From: Balanoglossus misakiensis
Lineage: Eukaryota > Animalia > Hemichordata
DNA length: 64,000 bases
Reading direction: 5' to 3'
Assembly (NCBI GenBank): GCA_040954595.2
Contig: CM082577.2
Location: 18,636,303 to 18,700,302 of the forward strand
A program made the position numbers and the translations under genes. The first letter of the stretch is position 1, and each line of letters opens with the position of its first letter. The notes beneath the pieces are model-generated. The model was not told the DNA's origin, did no database searches, and saw only the letters and a list, made by a program, of their open reading frames with translations. Positions 37,022 through 51,800 of this stretch are shown in pieces.

Positions 37022-37777
37022 TATTCAAAGCCGCATCACTGAGTGATATGGATCCGCAATATGCAAATTTGTGGGGTATAAATAGGTAACAATGCAGCCG
37101 GACTTTCTCCCTCATTTGCAACAGGCCGAGTCAAGGACACATATGGCGGAATTGATAGGGAAAGTTATGCGGTTTCCGATAAGAAAACTATAACCCACCC
37201 GCCCACCCTCTATGAACGAGTCACGTGCTTCGCCATGGACACGCCACCCAGAACTTCGACCCAATCCTATAACAATAGGCATATCCTTGAGCGAAGTGAT
37301 AAGGCTTTAAATATTAAGTCATTTGGCACAATGGTGCAGGCCTATGAGAGCTGGTGCAGTACCCTTGTGAATGTGTAATTGGTCATGTGACCTGATGATC
37401 ATATATGGGCAAAATTTTCAAGTTTGCCTAATTTGCATATGAATGGAGATATCAAAATTCTGTTCAGATGCTTTGTGGACCATATGGCCAGGGTTCTACA
37501 TGCCAAATGTCAAGGCCATAAGCCATGTCAATTTTGAGAAGAAGATTTTTAAATATTATTTTCCATATTTTTCGCCAAAGCCATGGGCCTATACTTTACA
37601 TAGTTAAGCTATGACCACAGATTATTTTGGATAAATATACATACATATCTCAAAATCTGTTCGGCCGATCAATTCCAAAGTTGCTGTGCAGCTAGCCTAG
37701 CATTTGTTAATCATTTTAAGCGAAAAAAAATAATATGAAAAATCAACCGATGTTTTTATATTAATTTTTTTATTAAT

Positions 37778-40700
37778 TGGGGGCACAAGCGCCCTCAGGC
37801 GGCTTGTGCCCCCATTGGTATTGTTGGAATTTTTCTTTATTAGGGCCCAAGCGCACGCAAGCGCTTGGGCCCTATTGGTTTCGTTGGAATTTTTCTTTCT
37901 TGCTTGCTTTCTTTCTTTCTTTCTTTCTTTCTTTATTCTTGTGTCAATTCTTCGGCCAACTAAATCTCAGAAACTACTGCAGGTACACTGCTCAAACTTG
38001 CTACAGTGGTCAAGGTCTATGAGTAGATGTGCAGTGACTTGTGAATACTTAATTAGTCACGTGACCTGGCGGCCATATTGGATTTTCTGAAAAAATTCAA
38101 ATCTCAGATCTCAGAAACTACAAGTCAGATCGACTTCAAATTTGGCATGCAGGTAGACTACCTTCTGCCCATCATTTTTGTAATTGGAAATTTTGCTGTC
38201 AATGTTGCAGTTTTTTTGCTACTATTTTTTTTCTGAAATCTGGCTTAAATTTCAAAAATCTTCTTCTCCAGAACCAGTGATAACCGAGACACGGGGTTTG
38301 GGGTATGTGGTCACCTAAGTGATGTCTATCAAGTTTGCGAAGATCATCGTGATTGGTCGAAGATTATGGCGGCCATATTGGATTTTCGAAAAACCATAGT
38401 TAAACTCCAAAAATCTTCTTCTCCAGAACGGGCGATGACTGAGTCGCAAGATTCGGGGAGTATGGTCACTACACTGATGTCTATCAAGTTTGCAAAGAGC
38501 ATTGTGATTGGTTGAAGATTATGGCGGCCATATTGGATTTTGTAAAAAGCAGTGAAAAATTGAAATTCCGTTTTCTAGTCCAAAAATTGATAGCATACAA
38601 ATTCTTTTTATGGATATCAATCGTCATGTGACTAAAATATGTTACAATTTTTTGGCCATTTTTCACATGACCTTTGACCTACTTATCACGCGTTATTATT
38701 TCTGCATATCTAATTCCAGGCTAACCTATAGGGCTAGACGTTTGGTTTTTGATGCTTGTGGATTAGTGTGTGATCAAAATATTTTGCTACTTTTCATGAC
38801 CCCTTTGACCTCTGCTGACCTCATTAATTATGTGCATAGCTAATTACAGGTGAACCAATAGAGCTAGAGGTTTGGTTTTTGTTGGACATGGACAAGTATG
38901 GGATCAAAATTTTTTGCCCAAATGTTGGGTGACCTCTGGTGACCTTTGACCTACTTTCGCATATCTCAGCATCCAGAGCAGATACAGCCATGGCATTTGA
39001 TAGGATGGGACCAAAATGTAAAGCCACATTTTTGGGTCACCTGTGACACCTGCTGACCTCATTAAATATGCACATACCTAATTACACGCGAACCAATAGA
39101 GCTAGAGTTTTGGTTTTTGTTGGACATAGACCAGTATGGGTTCAAAATTTTTTGCCCAAATGTTGGGTGACCTCAGGTGACCTTTGACCTACTTCACCCT
39201 ATTTCAGCAGCAAAAATACACACATCCTTGTTATGTCATGAGATAATACATCTGATAGAAAATTCTGTTTCTTCTCATTCATACTGTGCATATATAATTC
39301 AAGATCAGCGCTTGGGCCCGACAATGCTGCTCGCAGCTTTAATTAGGGCCCAAGCGCACGCAAGCGCTTGGGCCCTATTGGTTTCGTTGGGGTTTTTAGG
39401 GCCCAAGCCCAGCAGGCTTGGGCCCTATTGTTTTTACTGGAGTTTTTTAGGGCACAAGCCCAGCAGGCTTGTGCCCTATTGTATTTACTGGAGTTTTTCT
39501 TCTTCTTCTTCTTGTGCCGTTTTTTTCGTCAAGTACATCTGGAAAACGGCTGAACCTACAAATTTCAAACTTGGCATAATGGTGCAGGCCAATAAGAGCA
39601 TGAGCTGTACCCTTGTGAATGTTTAATAAGTCATGTGACCTGATGCCCATATTTGGGCAAAATTTTCAAATCGGCCTTATTTGCATATGCATGGAGATAT
39701 CAAAATTCTTTTAGCAACTTTTGCTGACCATGGGGTCATTGTCCTACATGCCAAATTTCAAGGCCATGGGCCATGTCAATTTTGAGAAGAAGATTTTTAA
39801 GTATTATTTTTCATATTTTTCGCCCAAGCTATGGGCCTATACGTTACTTAGTAAAGCTATGACCACATATTATTTTGGATAAATATGCATACATATCTCA
39901 AAATCATCTCAAACTTTGGTGTGCAGCTAGCCTAGCATTTGTCAATCATTTTAAGTGAAAAAAATAATATGAAAAATCGACCGATTTTTTTATATTAATT
40001 TTTTTAAATTAAATGTATACCTTTTTACTTATACCTATATAGTTAAGCTATGTACACGTCTTAGTGTGGAATTCTGGTCTGTGCAACGGTCCTGTACAGT
40101 GACTGTCTATTGGGCAGTGAGCACAATGGGACCAAAATAACAGGCAAAATTTTGGGCTCACCTGTAACACCTGCTTAACTAATGAATTATGTGCATACCT
40201 AATTCCGGGCTAACTAATAGGCCTAGAGGTTTTGTTCTTGTGGGACAGGGACCAGTATGGGGTCAAAATTTCTTGCCCAAATTTTGGGTGACCTCAGGTG
40301 ACCTTTCACCTACTTTACCATATCTTGGCATCCAGAGCAGGTACAAACTTGGCGCATGCAGGGTTGGGACTAAAATTGAAAAGCCAAAATGGGGGTCACC
40401 TGTGACACCTGCATATCTCATTAATTATGCGCATACCTAATTCCAGGCTAACAAATAGGGCTATAGGTTTGTTTTTTGTTGAACATGGACCAGTATAGGG
40501 TCAAAATTTCTTGCCCAAATGTTGCATGACCTCAAGTGACCTTTGACCTACTTAACCATATCTTGGCATCCAGAGCAGGTACAGAATTGGCGTTTGGAGG
40601 GTTGGGACTAAAATTGAAAAGCCAAAATTGGGGGTTACCTGTGACACCTGCATATCTCATTAATTATGCGCATACCTAATTCCAGGCTAACAAATAGGGC

Positions 40701-41125
40701 TATAGGTTTGGTTTTTGTTGAACATGGACCAGTATAGGGTCAAAATTTTTTGCCCAAATGTTGCATGACCTCAAGTGACCTTTGACCTACTTTACCATAT
40801 CTCGGCATCCAGAGCTGGTACAGACTTGGCGTTTGGAGGGTCGGGACTAAAATTGAAAAGCCAAAATGGGGGGTCACCTGTGACACCTGCATATCTCATT
40901 AATTATGTGCATACCTAATTCCAGGCTAACCAATAGGGCTTTAGGTTTGGTTTTTGTTGAACATGGACCAGTATAGGGTCAAAATTTCTTGCCCAAATTT
41001 TGCATGAACTCAGGTGACCTTTGACCTACTTTACCATATCTTGGCATCCAGAGCAGATATGCTTATTGCTATGTTGCTATGTGCTATGTTGGCTTGGGCC
41101 CGCTATTGCTGCTTGCAGCTATATT
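37778..41125 (-). mobile_element. Hairpins at ~37778 and 37841, family-B body to 39344, hairpins at ~39344, 39398 and 39448, family-A body 39491-41125
   Basis: Same terminal hairpin and GCAGCT(TTAATT/ATATT) end motifs. Confidence 0.82.
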
Positions 41126-43710
41126 CTTCTTCTTCTTCTTCTTCTTGTGCCGTTTTTTTCGTCAAGTAGATCTTGAAAACGGCTGAACCTACAAATCTGA
41201 AACTTGGCACAATGGTGCAGGCCTATGAGAGCTTGAGCTGTACCTTTGTGAATGTTTAATTAGTCATGTGACCTGATGACCATATATGGGCAAAATTTTC
41301 AAATCGGCCTTATTTGCACATGCATTAAGATATCAAAATTCTTTTAGCAACTTTTACTGACCATATGGCCAGGGTTCTACATGCCAAATGTCAAGGCCAT
41401 AGGCCTTGTCAATTTTGAGAAGAAGATTTTTAAGCATTATTTTTCATATTTTTCGCCAAAGCCATCGGCCTATACTATACATAGTTAAGCTTTGACCACA
41501 TATTATTTTGGATGAATATGCAGTCATATCTCAAAATCTGTTGGGCCGATCAACTCCAACTTTGGTGTGCAGGTAGCCTAGCATTTGCCAATAATTTTAA
41601 GCGAAAAAAATTAATATGAAAAATCAACCGATTTTTTTATATTAATTTTTTAATGAAATTTATACCATTACTTATACCTCTATGGTTAAGCTATGTCCAC
41701 GTCTTATTGTAGAATTCTGGTCTGTGCAATGGTCCTGTACAGTGACTGTCTATTGGCTCGTGTGCAGAATGGGATCGAAATAAAAGGCACAATTTTGGGC
41801 TCACCTGTAACACCTGCTTGACTCATTAATTATGTGCATACCTAATTCCGGGCAAACTAATAGGGCTAGAGGTATTGTTCTTGTGTGACTTGGACAAGTA
41901 TGGGGTCAGAAATTTTTGCCCAAATATTGGGTGACCTCAGGTGACCTTTGACCTACTTTCCTATATCTAGGCATCCAGAGCAGGTACAGACTTGCAGTTT
42001 GGAAGGTTGGGACTGAAATTGAAAAGCCAAAATTTGGGTCACCTGTGACACCTGCCTACCTCATTAATTATGTGCATACCTAATTCCGGGCTAACTAATA
42101 GGGCTAGAGCTTTCATTCTTGTAGGACATGGACCAGTATTGGGTCAAAAGTTTACGGCCAAATTTTGGGTGACCTCAGGTGACCTTTGACCTACTTTCCT
42201 ATATCTCGGCATCCAGAGCAGGTACAGACTTGGCATTTGCAGGGTTGGGACTACAATTGAAAAGCCAAAATTTGCGGTCACCTGTGACACCTGCTTATCT
42301 CATTAATTATGTGCATACCTAATTCCAGGCTAACCAATAGGTCTATAGGTTTGGTTTTTGTTGAACATGGACCAGTATGGGGTCAAAATTTCTTGCTCAA
42401 ATTTTGGGTGACCTCAGGTGGCCTTTGACCTACTTTACTATATCTCAGCATCCAGAGCAGATACAGTCTTGGCATTTGGAGGGATGGAACTCCTAAATGG
42501 AGCCTTACACTTTACCTCATTAATTATGTGCATACCTAATTTCAGACAAACCAATAGGGCTAGAGGTCTGGTTTTTGTTGCACATGTTCCAGTATGGGCT
42601 AAAAAAAATTTGCCCTAATTTTGGATGACCTCAGGTAACCTTTGACATACTTGCCCATATCTCTGCATCCAGCGCAGATACAGCCTTGGCATTTGGGGTG
42701 ATGGGACAGTAATGGAGTCTTACACCTAACCTCAATAGTTATGCACATATCTAATTCCAGGCTAACCAATAGTACAAGAGAAGTGTGGTCTTGGGTTGGA
42801 CATGGACCAATCTGGTTTAAGAACACTTTTGGAAAAGATTTTTGATGACTCATCAGCTGCCTTTCCAAAGTACAGCATCGATATTAAACAATTTAGTGTA
42901 ATCAGCTACCATTTGATTACTAGAGTAATAATGTCAGATTTTTGCTGTGGTTTATGTTTTGGTGGATGAGGGTGTTTAATACCCATACATTTGTTGGGGA
43001 ATTTGCACACAAAAAATCTTGCTAAATTTGTGGTCAATTTTTTGTATTTGAAAATAATAACTTTTACAATTATGACCAAACACATTTTAGACTAGTTTAG
43101 ATTTTTTTATTGAATACTGAGCAACAATCAAATGAGTAAGGATTAACAATCAAATAGGTAAGGATGTACAAGTAATCAAACTTTACCATAGCAGTGAATA
43201 ACAACATGATAAGTAAAAATAAATAAAACTCAAGTTCTCAATGAGGATATCAATTGGAATCAATATATGTAGCTGTAACATATTTTCTCTTCCATTAAAG
43301 TATTGTATTCATGTTATTCTTTTCTTAATGAATCAGCTGTGTTACACAATGATCATTAAACATCATTGTTTGAGTTGGGTGAAAAGTGTAATTACAAAGT
43401 CTGGGAAAACTAAGTAAATTAATACACATGAATACATATAAAATATCTGTACAAATAACATACAAAATACATAGCTATCATAGAAATGAAAAAGAATTTA
43501 TAATCAGTGAGTATTATCATCAAACCAGTCCAATTAGATAGTAATCTCACATTAACTAATATTAATATTTATTTCTTATATGGCACATATTTATTTCTTA
43601 TATAGCACATGATACAACATACATTGACATATGAATTAACATGATGCATTTATGCAATAATTAGGTCACTATGACCTTATATAGGACATATTTATTGCTT
43701 ATATAGCACA

Positions 43711-44021
43711 GCTAACCGCTGTACTGTTTTTCCCCATGGTCATCTGACCTAGGTTATTTGATATAACTATTCCATTCAACTCCCTGGGGAGCAAACAACA
43801 GCTCACACGTGCAGCCTTTATATCAGCCAAGCAGAGCTAAACATACACATACAATCTCTGTCCTACCAAGGTACCAATTTTTCCTTGGTAGGGAGAGGCT
43901 ATGAGATGTAGAATGCCTTGCCAAAGGACACAACACCTAGCCATGCCAGGGCTCGAATCCATGATCCTTCGATCATGAGTTCGATGCTCTAACCACTGGA
44001 CTGTGATGCCTCCACATACAC
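43711..44021 (-). mobile_element. tRNA-derived SINE
   Basis: Minus strand reads A-box-like GTCCAGTGGTTAGAGC, B box GGATTCGAGCCC, then TTGTGTCCTTTGGCAAGGCA and GGTACC blocks typical of SINE central domains. Flanked by ATATAGCACA at 43701-43710 and 44022-44031. Confidence 0.72.
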
Positions 44022-45824
44022 ATATAGCACAATCTATCGTTTTCCTGTGAAATTTAAAATATGACTGGCCAATGCCTACTTGTGCCTCACAACACCATCA
44101 ACATCATCGTATTGTTGCAAATGGTCATGGTGACGAAATTATTGCATCACACTTTGAAACTAATTCATATGTCTATGTATGTTTGTGGTCAAATGTCATT
44201 GTGCCAAGGCAATACACAGAATTGGTTAACCCTTTCAGACTCAGGTCTCTGTTTATAGTCCAACTTCACTATAAGCAACAAGTGAAGTGATCCTTCTCGC
44301 CAATAAATTACTTTTCATAAAAAAATCAACTGCATCTATTTGTTTGATATGGTGCATTGTCATTTTAAGTGTCAACCAATGTGGTTCAGGTATGTCTGAG
44401 AACTAGCTCCACACTAACTGGCTGTTATTGCTGGATGGTGGGCAAGTTAAAGGTGTCTGCTACACATTTTCAGCATGGACTGACAAACATGAGCAGTACT
44501 GAAGAAATGGAACAATATAAATATAGGATGTACAGGCTTTGTTATAACATGAACTGTCAATGCCAAAGCAATCATCGCCAATCTACCAGACTACACAAAC
44601 CAGTGTCTCACTACTCAATGACATTGAGTGGAATCTTAAAATTTCTATGAACTTTACAATTGTGTCAAGGATAGGTAGTGCTCACATTTGTTTCAAATCA
44701 GTAATATTAATCATGAGTATATATCAACAAGGAAAAGACAGTGACCTGCACGCCAAAATAACTTTACCAGATAGATTTCAAAATACCATGGTTCAAAAAC
44801 AAGTTGTTGTAACCCTGCATTGATTGTGCCCATTGTACAAGTTCCTGTAATATCCAAATAAAGCTGTACTTGACTGGCCATGGCAAACACACAGTACAGC
44901 CAGATGTCTGTAATACTAAAAAGTTACATGCACATGTCATATTGACACAATTTGTTTGGTTCTCACTAAAATTGTCAGACCCAGGTAAAAACACATTCCT
45001 TACAATCATTTTTTCTACAATTTCATTAAATTTACTTCCGTATTTTCATAACTACTATAATTATATCACTAATTTAAAACAGCCATTAAATATGCACACT
45101 GCAAATTCCTTTCAGGAAATAAAAATCCAATTAAATATCACTTTAAAGCACATTGCACATCACAGTTAACAATTGAAGTAATTCACACAAGCTCTAACAT
45201 ATTCCATTTCTACTTAAATACATTGTGTCATAAACACTTCAAATACAAATATATACATGTATGTATACGATTTGGGAGTTCGTTGCAAGTACTGCTGGCA
45301 GAGTGTATATATATACATATATCAATACATATATACACTTAAAAACATTTCTCTCTTCTATTATATATAGTTTCGCCATATACACATATACATTTGAATT
45401 CATATAATCATTAAAATCACATTGTGATTAAACCTTCTAAAACACCTCACTCAAAATTACCAATGGCAATCACTTACAAATATGTGGAAACAAAGAGAGA
45501 ACAAGTGACATGAGCTCTATCCTGTACTCCTAAAACGGTAAGCAACTGTACCTAATAGGCTAATACTGTCTTTACGATTGTCAGGTCTTTTTGTGTTTGT
45601 TTACTGCTGACATAGGAACAGCAGTAAACAACAACAAACACCTGACAATGGTAAACATGGAGCATATCTTGACAGGTGGTATTAATCAGATAGAGAATTC
45701 AAACAAAAAAATGTGGCCCCGTCACAATGGCAACACCACAAAATCATAATAATCAGGACGGGTTTGCATTCTTGAAAATTACTTCAGTGTATATCAGTGT
45801 TTGTCTCAGTTTTAGTGTGAATGT

Positions 45825-48800
45825 TCAAATCTGAATACGTATGGCTTCATGAAAACTGAAGTATTTGGGTACAATCTCTACTGTGACATTTTCTATGCCT
45901 TTCACATACACATGGTCAATCAATGTACCTGCTTCTGTGGTTGCTCTATTAACACACTGCTTGAAACCACAGCATTGCATTAAATCCACAAGAGATGACG
46001 ATGTGAATATGTTCTCATTGAAATCACCCATGATCACTATCCCACCATGGCGTTTACCCATTTCACTCACTAAAAGAAGCAAGTTCTTCCTGAATGTCTC
46101 TGCTTTGTATGATGGTGGTCTATAAACTACTGCTATTGACACATTGATGTCTTTGTCATAAAATGCCATATATTCCAGGTTACAAACAGGCAAATGCAAA
46201 ATTTCTACAGTTCTAGATATATTGCAGTACACTCCAACACCACCCCTATGTTGTGATTGCAAAGTTGCAGTGTTGTTATTCAATTGATTATAAGATAAAC
46301 TTCGGGGTTTGTGACAAAATACAAAACCACTAACTTCTATATCAGATTCTATTGTTGTCTCTGATAACCATGTTTCGGTCAAACAAATGAAATCTGACTC
46401 CAAGTATTCAGTACCACTGCGAATATCTTCAATGTGGTTTTCAACACCCTCAATATTATGCAGTATGAAAGTGCAAGCATTACTTGTTTCCAACTTTGTT
46501 GCATATGTATCAAGAAACTGTGGCATTTCTGCCAAAGCAGCCTGTATCTTTGGATTGCAATAAATAGATGATGTTTTCAGTTCATCAATGACGAGACCTT
46601 CTAATGATCTTACTCGGCTCAATGCAACATATGCCTGCCCAGGTGCAAACATCTTCTTTAAACTAACAACAGCTTTATCAACTGTCAATCCTTGTACCTT
46701 GTGCACTGTACATGCCCATGCCAATTTCACAGGAAACTGTCTCCTAATACCACCATTAATTGCAACAGACAATTCCTGAGGTTCAATACGTGTGCTCCTT
46801 TCTGGTAACTGAACTACATTAGGTGTTTTTCTGCGCAACTTTTGCCCAACACTTACATTATCAAACATCACATAAACAGCTGTTGGGAAAGTCCCAGTTT
46901 CCTTCATTTCAATATGGCATACTGTTCCAAATACACCATTCACCAGCCCATCAGAAACATCTATATTTTGTGTCAATTGAACTCGTGCACCAATGGCTAG
47001 AGTTACACTTTTAGGCAACATTGTTCTGTAGACTTTTGTATGATGACCTTCCTTTCTTTCTAATTTCCCAGTTGTAGCATTCTTGATGAAATCTTCTGCT
47101 TCAATACACACAGGATCAGAACATAATGAATGAAGCATTGTAACATTGCATTTATTTACTTCTGCATTTGTACCAAAAATGTGAATGGCCTCAGAGGATT
47201 CACCAGTGACACATTTCTGAAACATTTCCAAGTCATTTGCTTCCAGTGCCTCTCCCTTCTTGTGAAGTCTTATGCGATTTAGTGCTTCTGCAAATGCACT
47301 ATCCTTCTGTCTCATTATTTCAGTAAGCTCAACAATCCTGAAATTATCACTCCACAAACTAATGACATCATTGTCTACACAAAGTGGCCTTCCTTTCACA
47401 GGTGGCAGTTGATAAAAATCACCAACAGCAATGACACTTACATTTCCAAATTGTGAATGGCTTGACGATTGTTTAATTTGTCTTAATCGTCCATGCACAT
47501 AGTGCAACAACTTGTTATCAACCATAGAAATTTCATCTATTATTAAAATTTCAAGATTGCCAAGTTTGGAACGGAGACTGTTGATCTTTTCTTCGTGCAG
47601 TGGTTGATATGGCAGCTTTGAGTCAACTGCTATTGAAAATGCATGATGCAGTGTTTCTCCTTGAATATTAAATGCAGCTACACCTGTTGGAGCTGTGAGC
47701 ATTACAGAGATTCCATCTGGGTTTGGCAATACACGAGATAAGATTCGTTTGGCTTCATGATATAATGTTTTTATTAAATGGCTTTTCCCAGTGCCAGCAC
47801 CACCACTCACAAATAAATAAAAAGGCTCTGGATTTTTTCCATTGCTTTTATCCAAACACCACTGTCTCACACTATAGAAAACATCTGCTTGTTTTTTGTT
47901 CAATGATCTGCACATTGCTGCAATCTCTGCTCTTGCCAGTGAAGTAGAAATCTCTACACTGCAATCACCTTGCGCTTTTACCACCAACTCTGGAATATCA
48001 TCTGTTTCATCTCCATCATCATCGTCATTGCATTTTTTGCCTTCCTCAATACATTCTAATCTGTCTAATTCATTTTCTGGGCAGATTTGTGCCCATGCAT
48101 CTTCGAGTGGTTCATTATTCCCACCAAGGAATTCTTCAGCCATATCAACAGCATCAGCCTCTTTTTCATACAGTGCTTTGTTTCTTTCCACAATGACATT
48201 CACTTTTTCTACAGATTCAGATCCACATTTCACAGCACCAACACGATAGAAATCCTCGTAGGATTCAAAACCTCTAGGTTTCAGTTGTGCATCAACCCGG
48301 TATGGTAGAAAGAGTTCCAAGATACTACGATAATACTTCTCTGGATATTTTGTCACTGAGAATCTTGCATATCTGATGACAGCGGGTTCAGTTCGAGATC
48401 TCTTTTGCATATAGCCAGTATCATTGTGTAACTGTACTACAGGACTCCGTCGTTTCTCATCATTGACATTCACAACTTCTGATTTTGAAACTATTCTGTA
48501 TTCTGAGCAAAATGTAGCAAGACACATGGTATCAAATTCTTCTCCATATGGTCTGTTCTTGTATCTGTCAACAACACTATTCATCCAGATGCTTTCCTCA
48601 TCGACCTCATTTCCTTTCATTTTGTTTCTTATTGCAGCAAATGGTAAACTCATTTTGATAGGATTTTCTCCAGTCGGGATAAATTGGACTTTTCGAGATG
48701 ATTGTTTCAGTTTCAATCCGCACACTCTATATACAGCTTCCTGAGCACTTACTTCTCTGTTGTGCAAATATACACTGCCCAACTGTTTCAATGCAGATTT

Positions 48801-51800
48801 AGCGTCCATATTTCCTTCTTTGTTAGCTTCTTTCTGAGCATGTTCCAGAAGTAAACCCATTTCTCTTTCTGCTTTAGAAATGTATGACACAATATACACA
48901 ACACATGCATATGCATCAACAACAAACTGGATATCCATATTTGCATTCCAGCAACGCAGAAGACAAGCATTGTATTGGTTTACCCACACATCATTAGGCT
49001 GACGTTTCATAACTATACTTATCTTTTTGGAAACAATTGAATGTGCTCTCTCATAGGCTTCCTGAGATATACCAACTTTAGCAAATAAGTCATCTATGGT
49101 ATCATACTCTTTCTCCTTGTCATTCATTGCCACCCAAACTTTCTCTAGAAGTTTTGTAGCCATCGTTTGCTCCACTGGTGAAACACTCAGCTGTGAAACG
49201 GCAATTTCAAACGCTTCACGATTCTCTGCCTTTTCTAGATCTTCTGGTACTTTAATCACCACACTGTCAACAGGGCGGCATACAAATGTTTGTTGTGATG
49301 GTGGCCGTGGAAAATTAAATCTACATTTAGTATTTTTCTTCTTGCAAGATTTTGAGTGGCGTGTGCTGTGTTTCTGAACTGACTTCACAATGTCATGTAA
49401 TTCTTCATCATTCTCAGATGATGGCATTTCACACGTAACATAACTGTCAACAAAATCAACCACTTCATCATCAGAATCCTTGTCTACTCTGGGTGCATCT
49501 TCAACCCAAAATAAGCAGTGTGTGTGGGGTGACCCACGTTGTTGGAATTCTACTCGATAAAAGTAATCTTTGATTTTGCCAATAGGATTGGCTGGTGACA
49601 TAATGACATCTTTCAGAAAACATTGAAACCGATGATCAAACATTCTTGCAGCTGTTACTGGGTTTCGCTTCAAAATACCACATTTCTCAGACCAATCAAG
49701 GTCCTCTGCATTACGTGTATCACCTTCACCACGAAGCAGTGTCTCAATGAGTTCTTTCCATCGCAAATCAGCAGAAGAAAATGAACAGAACCATGTTGGT
49801 ATACCTAGCTGTCTGATCATTGCAAACAAATCTTTCTGTGTAGCTTGCCAGTAAGGGGGTGTCCCTCTGATAGGTTTCAAAAACTTGTAACCTTCATCAC
49901 ACTTCAAAATGTTTTGCAAAGATTCTCGGTCAGTCAAAACATCAGATGTTACTTTTTTCCCACAAGCATGTGCAGTTCCTTTTCTCAATGCAATAGATAC
50001 ATTGGATACCACCTGATCCATTTCAGACAAATACTGTGAATAAAATATGTAGTCTGTATTTTGTGCAAATCTGTTGCTTGCATTCAACAAACGACTTTGC
50101 AAGTATCGATTGATAGTTATGTTAACCTCTCTTTCATCATGAAATGTTGGTGACCCGGTTGGAAATAAAACTGGGAAACACTTTGCTTCATTGAATTTCG
50201 CCATCAAAACACTAACAGGTGCGTTACCCTCTGCAGGAGCAACAGAGATTATATCTTCAAAGTGATAATCGAGAATATCCTGACCTATATCAATTGGTTG
50301 AAAGCATGTGTCCATGAATATTCCATTTGTATCTTTTTCAGGTTCATTTTCATCATCTGCATCAATATCTTTGATTTCTGAGGGTTCATCTTTTGTTTTT
50401 TCAAGACTGTTTTCCCAATCCACATTGAATTTCACATCACTATACCACTTGTTATTTCTCCTTAAGTAATCCAATGCATTCTGAATGTGGCTTTTGGTTA
50501 CAAACTGATACTGATAAGAACCCTTGTAAGTCAATTTTCGCTTCAATTTCACCTTTATCATCTGATCATCCAATTCACCACGTGGCAAAATACTTGTAGC
50601 TTTCTCTATATTAGATGGGACACATACAACAGGTCCATGAACACCATTCTGCCCACCTTTTGGCAATGCAAGCATTTTCATAAATGGAATATGCAATGCA
50701 ATCAGATGTTGCTCTAGAGAATTCAGGCATTCCAGTTCACAAGGAATTGGGTTTACATGCAGATTGTTTGCAACCGCTTGAACTGGCATCTTTCCACGCA
50801 ACAGTTTAGAGTCACATGTGTAACAAATCCACACCTTACTAGCTGCACTATTCTCAAGTGGGCACTCAAGGGGACATAGTAAACTACATCTATGTACATA
50901 ATCTTCTGTAATGCAATTCTCAGCAATATCACATGACGCTATTTTACTCGCATACTTTTCTCTTTTGCAAAGAATTACTTGTTTTCTGAAAAGTCGCCTG
51001 TGACAAACAGAACACACACAGTCAGGACCATTTGATACCTGATTTCTGAAAGCAGCAACAACATAGTCCAAATTTCTTTCATTAATTTTCTTCTGATCTC
51101 TTTTACTTTCACTTCTTTCCAATACAGCCTGTCTATAACTTGGGTTCTCTTTGTACCTTTGTAAACATTTGCTCTGTTGATTCTCTCTCACCAAGGGATT
51201 TTGCTGATATTGCTCCATTATTTTTGATTTCTTTCTAGCACGAAATTCTGCATGGTCACGGTACTTCTCTGAATATTTCTGTTTCTTCGCCTCACGAAAC
51301 AATTTGTCACGCCGATACATTTCTGAAAATTTCTGTTTCTTCGCCTCACGAAACAATTCATTATGCCAATACTTTTCTGATAACTTTTGTTTCTTTGCCT
51401 CACGAAACAATTCGTCACGGCGATACTTCTCTGACAACTTCTGTTTCTTTGCCTCACGAAAAAATTCATTATGCCAATACTTTTCTGATAACTTTTGTTT
51501 CTTTGCTTGATTGTATATTTTGTCTTCATTGTACTTCAGTTTACTTTTCAATTTCAGTTGCTCTCTTATTTTGTAATTACTACTATACAATGCTCGTTGT
51601 CTATCACCTTTACTGCTCCTTCTTGTACCACTTGCACTAGGTGCACATTCCATACTTTGCTCCTGTTGATATTTCACTCTTCTAAGTTTGTTTCGAAGCC
51701 GTGTACTCATGCGCCTTTTCCTCTTAACTCCTGTTTCAATCCCCTGTGCATTCAAATTGTCCTTCACAATTTCTTTATTTGGACATTTCCTTTGTGAAGA

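Larger units (their letters stand above)
31216..37319 (+). mobile_element. Complete PAT-like tyrosine-recombinase retrotransposon (DIRS order) with split direct repeats
   Basis: Architecture A1-gag-RT/RH/MT-YR-B1-A2-spacer-B2. No TSD. The A and B repeat pairs look identical by eye. Confidence 0.93.
31055..37777 (-). mobile_element. Family-A non-autonomous Helentron (hairpin at 31055) interrupted by the PAT-like element and then by further Helentrons at ~37778
   Basis: Host sequence AACCTACAAATCTCA (to 31215) resumes as CATTTGGCACAATGG (37320), matching the uninterrupted unit at ~27877-27906. Confidence 0.8.

Noticed and set aside
31216-37319. Prophage or bacterial integrative element (tyrosine recombinase plus methyltransferase), or Ngaro/DIRS1 assignment
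   Set aside because: Gag knuckle, RT/RNase H and split direct repeats define a DIRS-order retrotransposon. The MT domain argues against Ngaro and the lack of inverted terminal repeats argues against DIRS1-type.
43930-44013. Functional tRNA gene on the minus strand
   Set aside because: A and B boxes are present but there is no clean cloverleaf, and it continues into a SINE body with flanking direct repeats.
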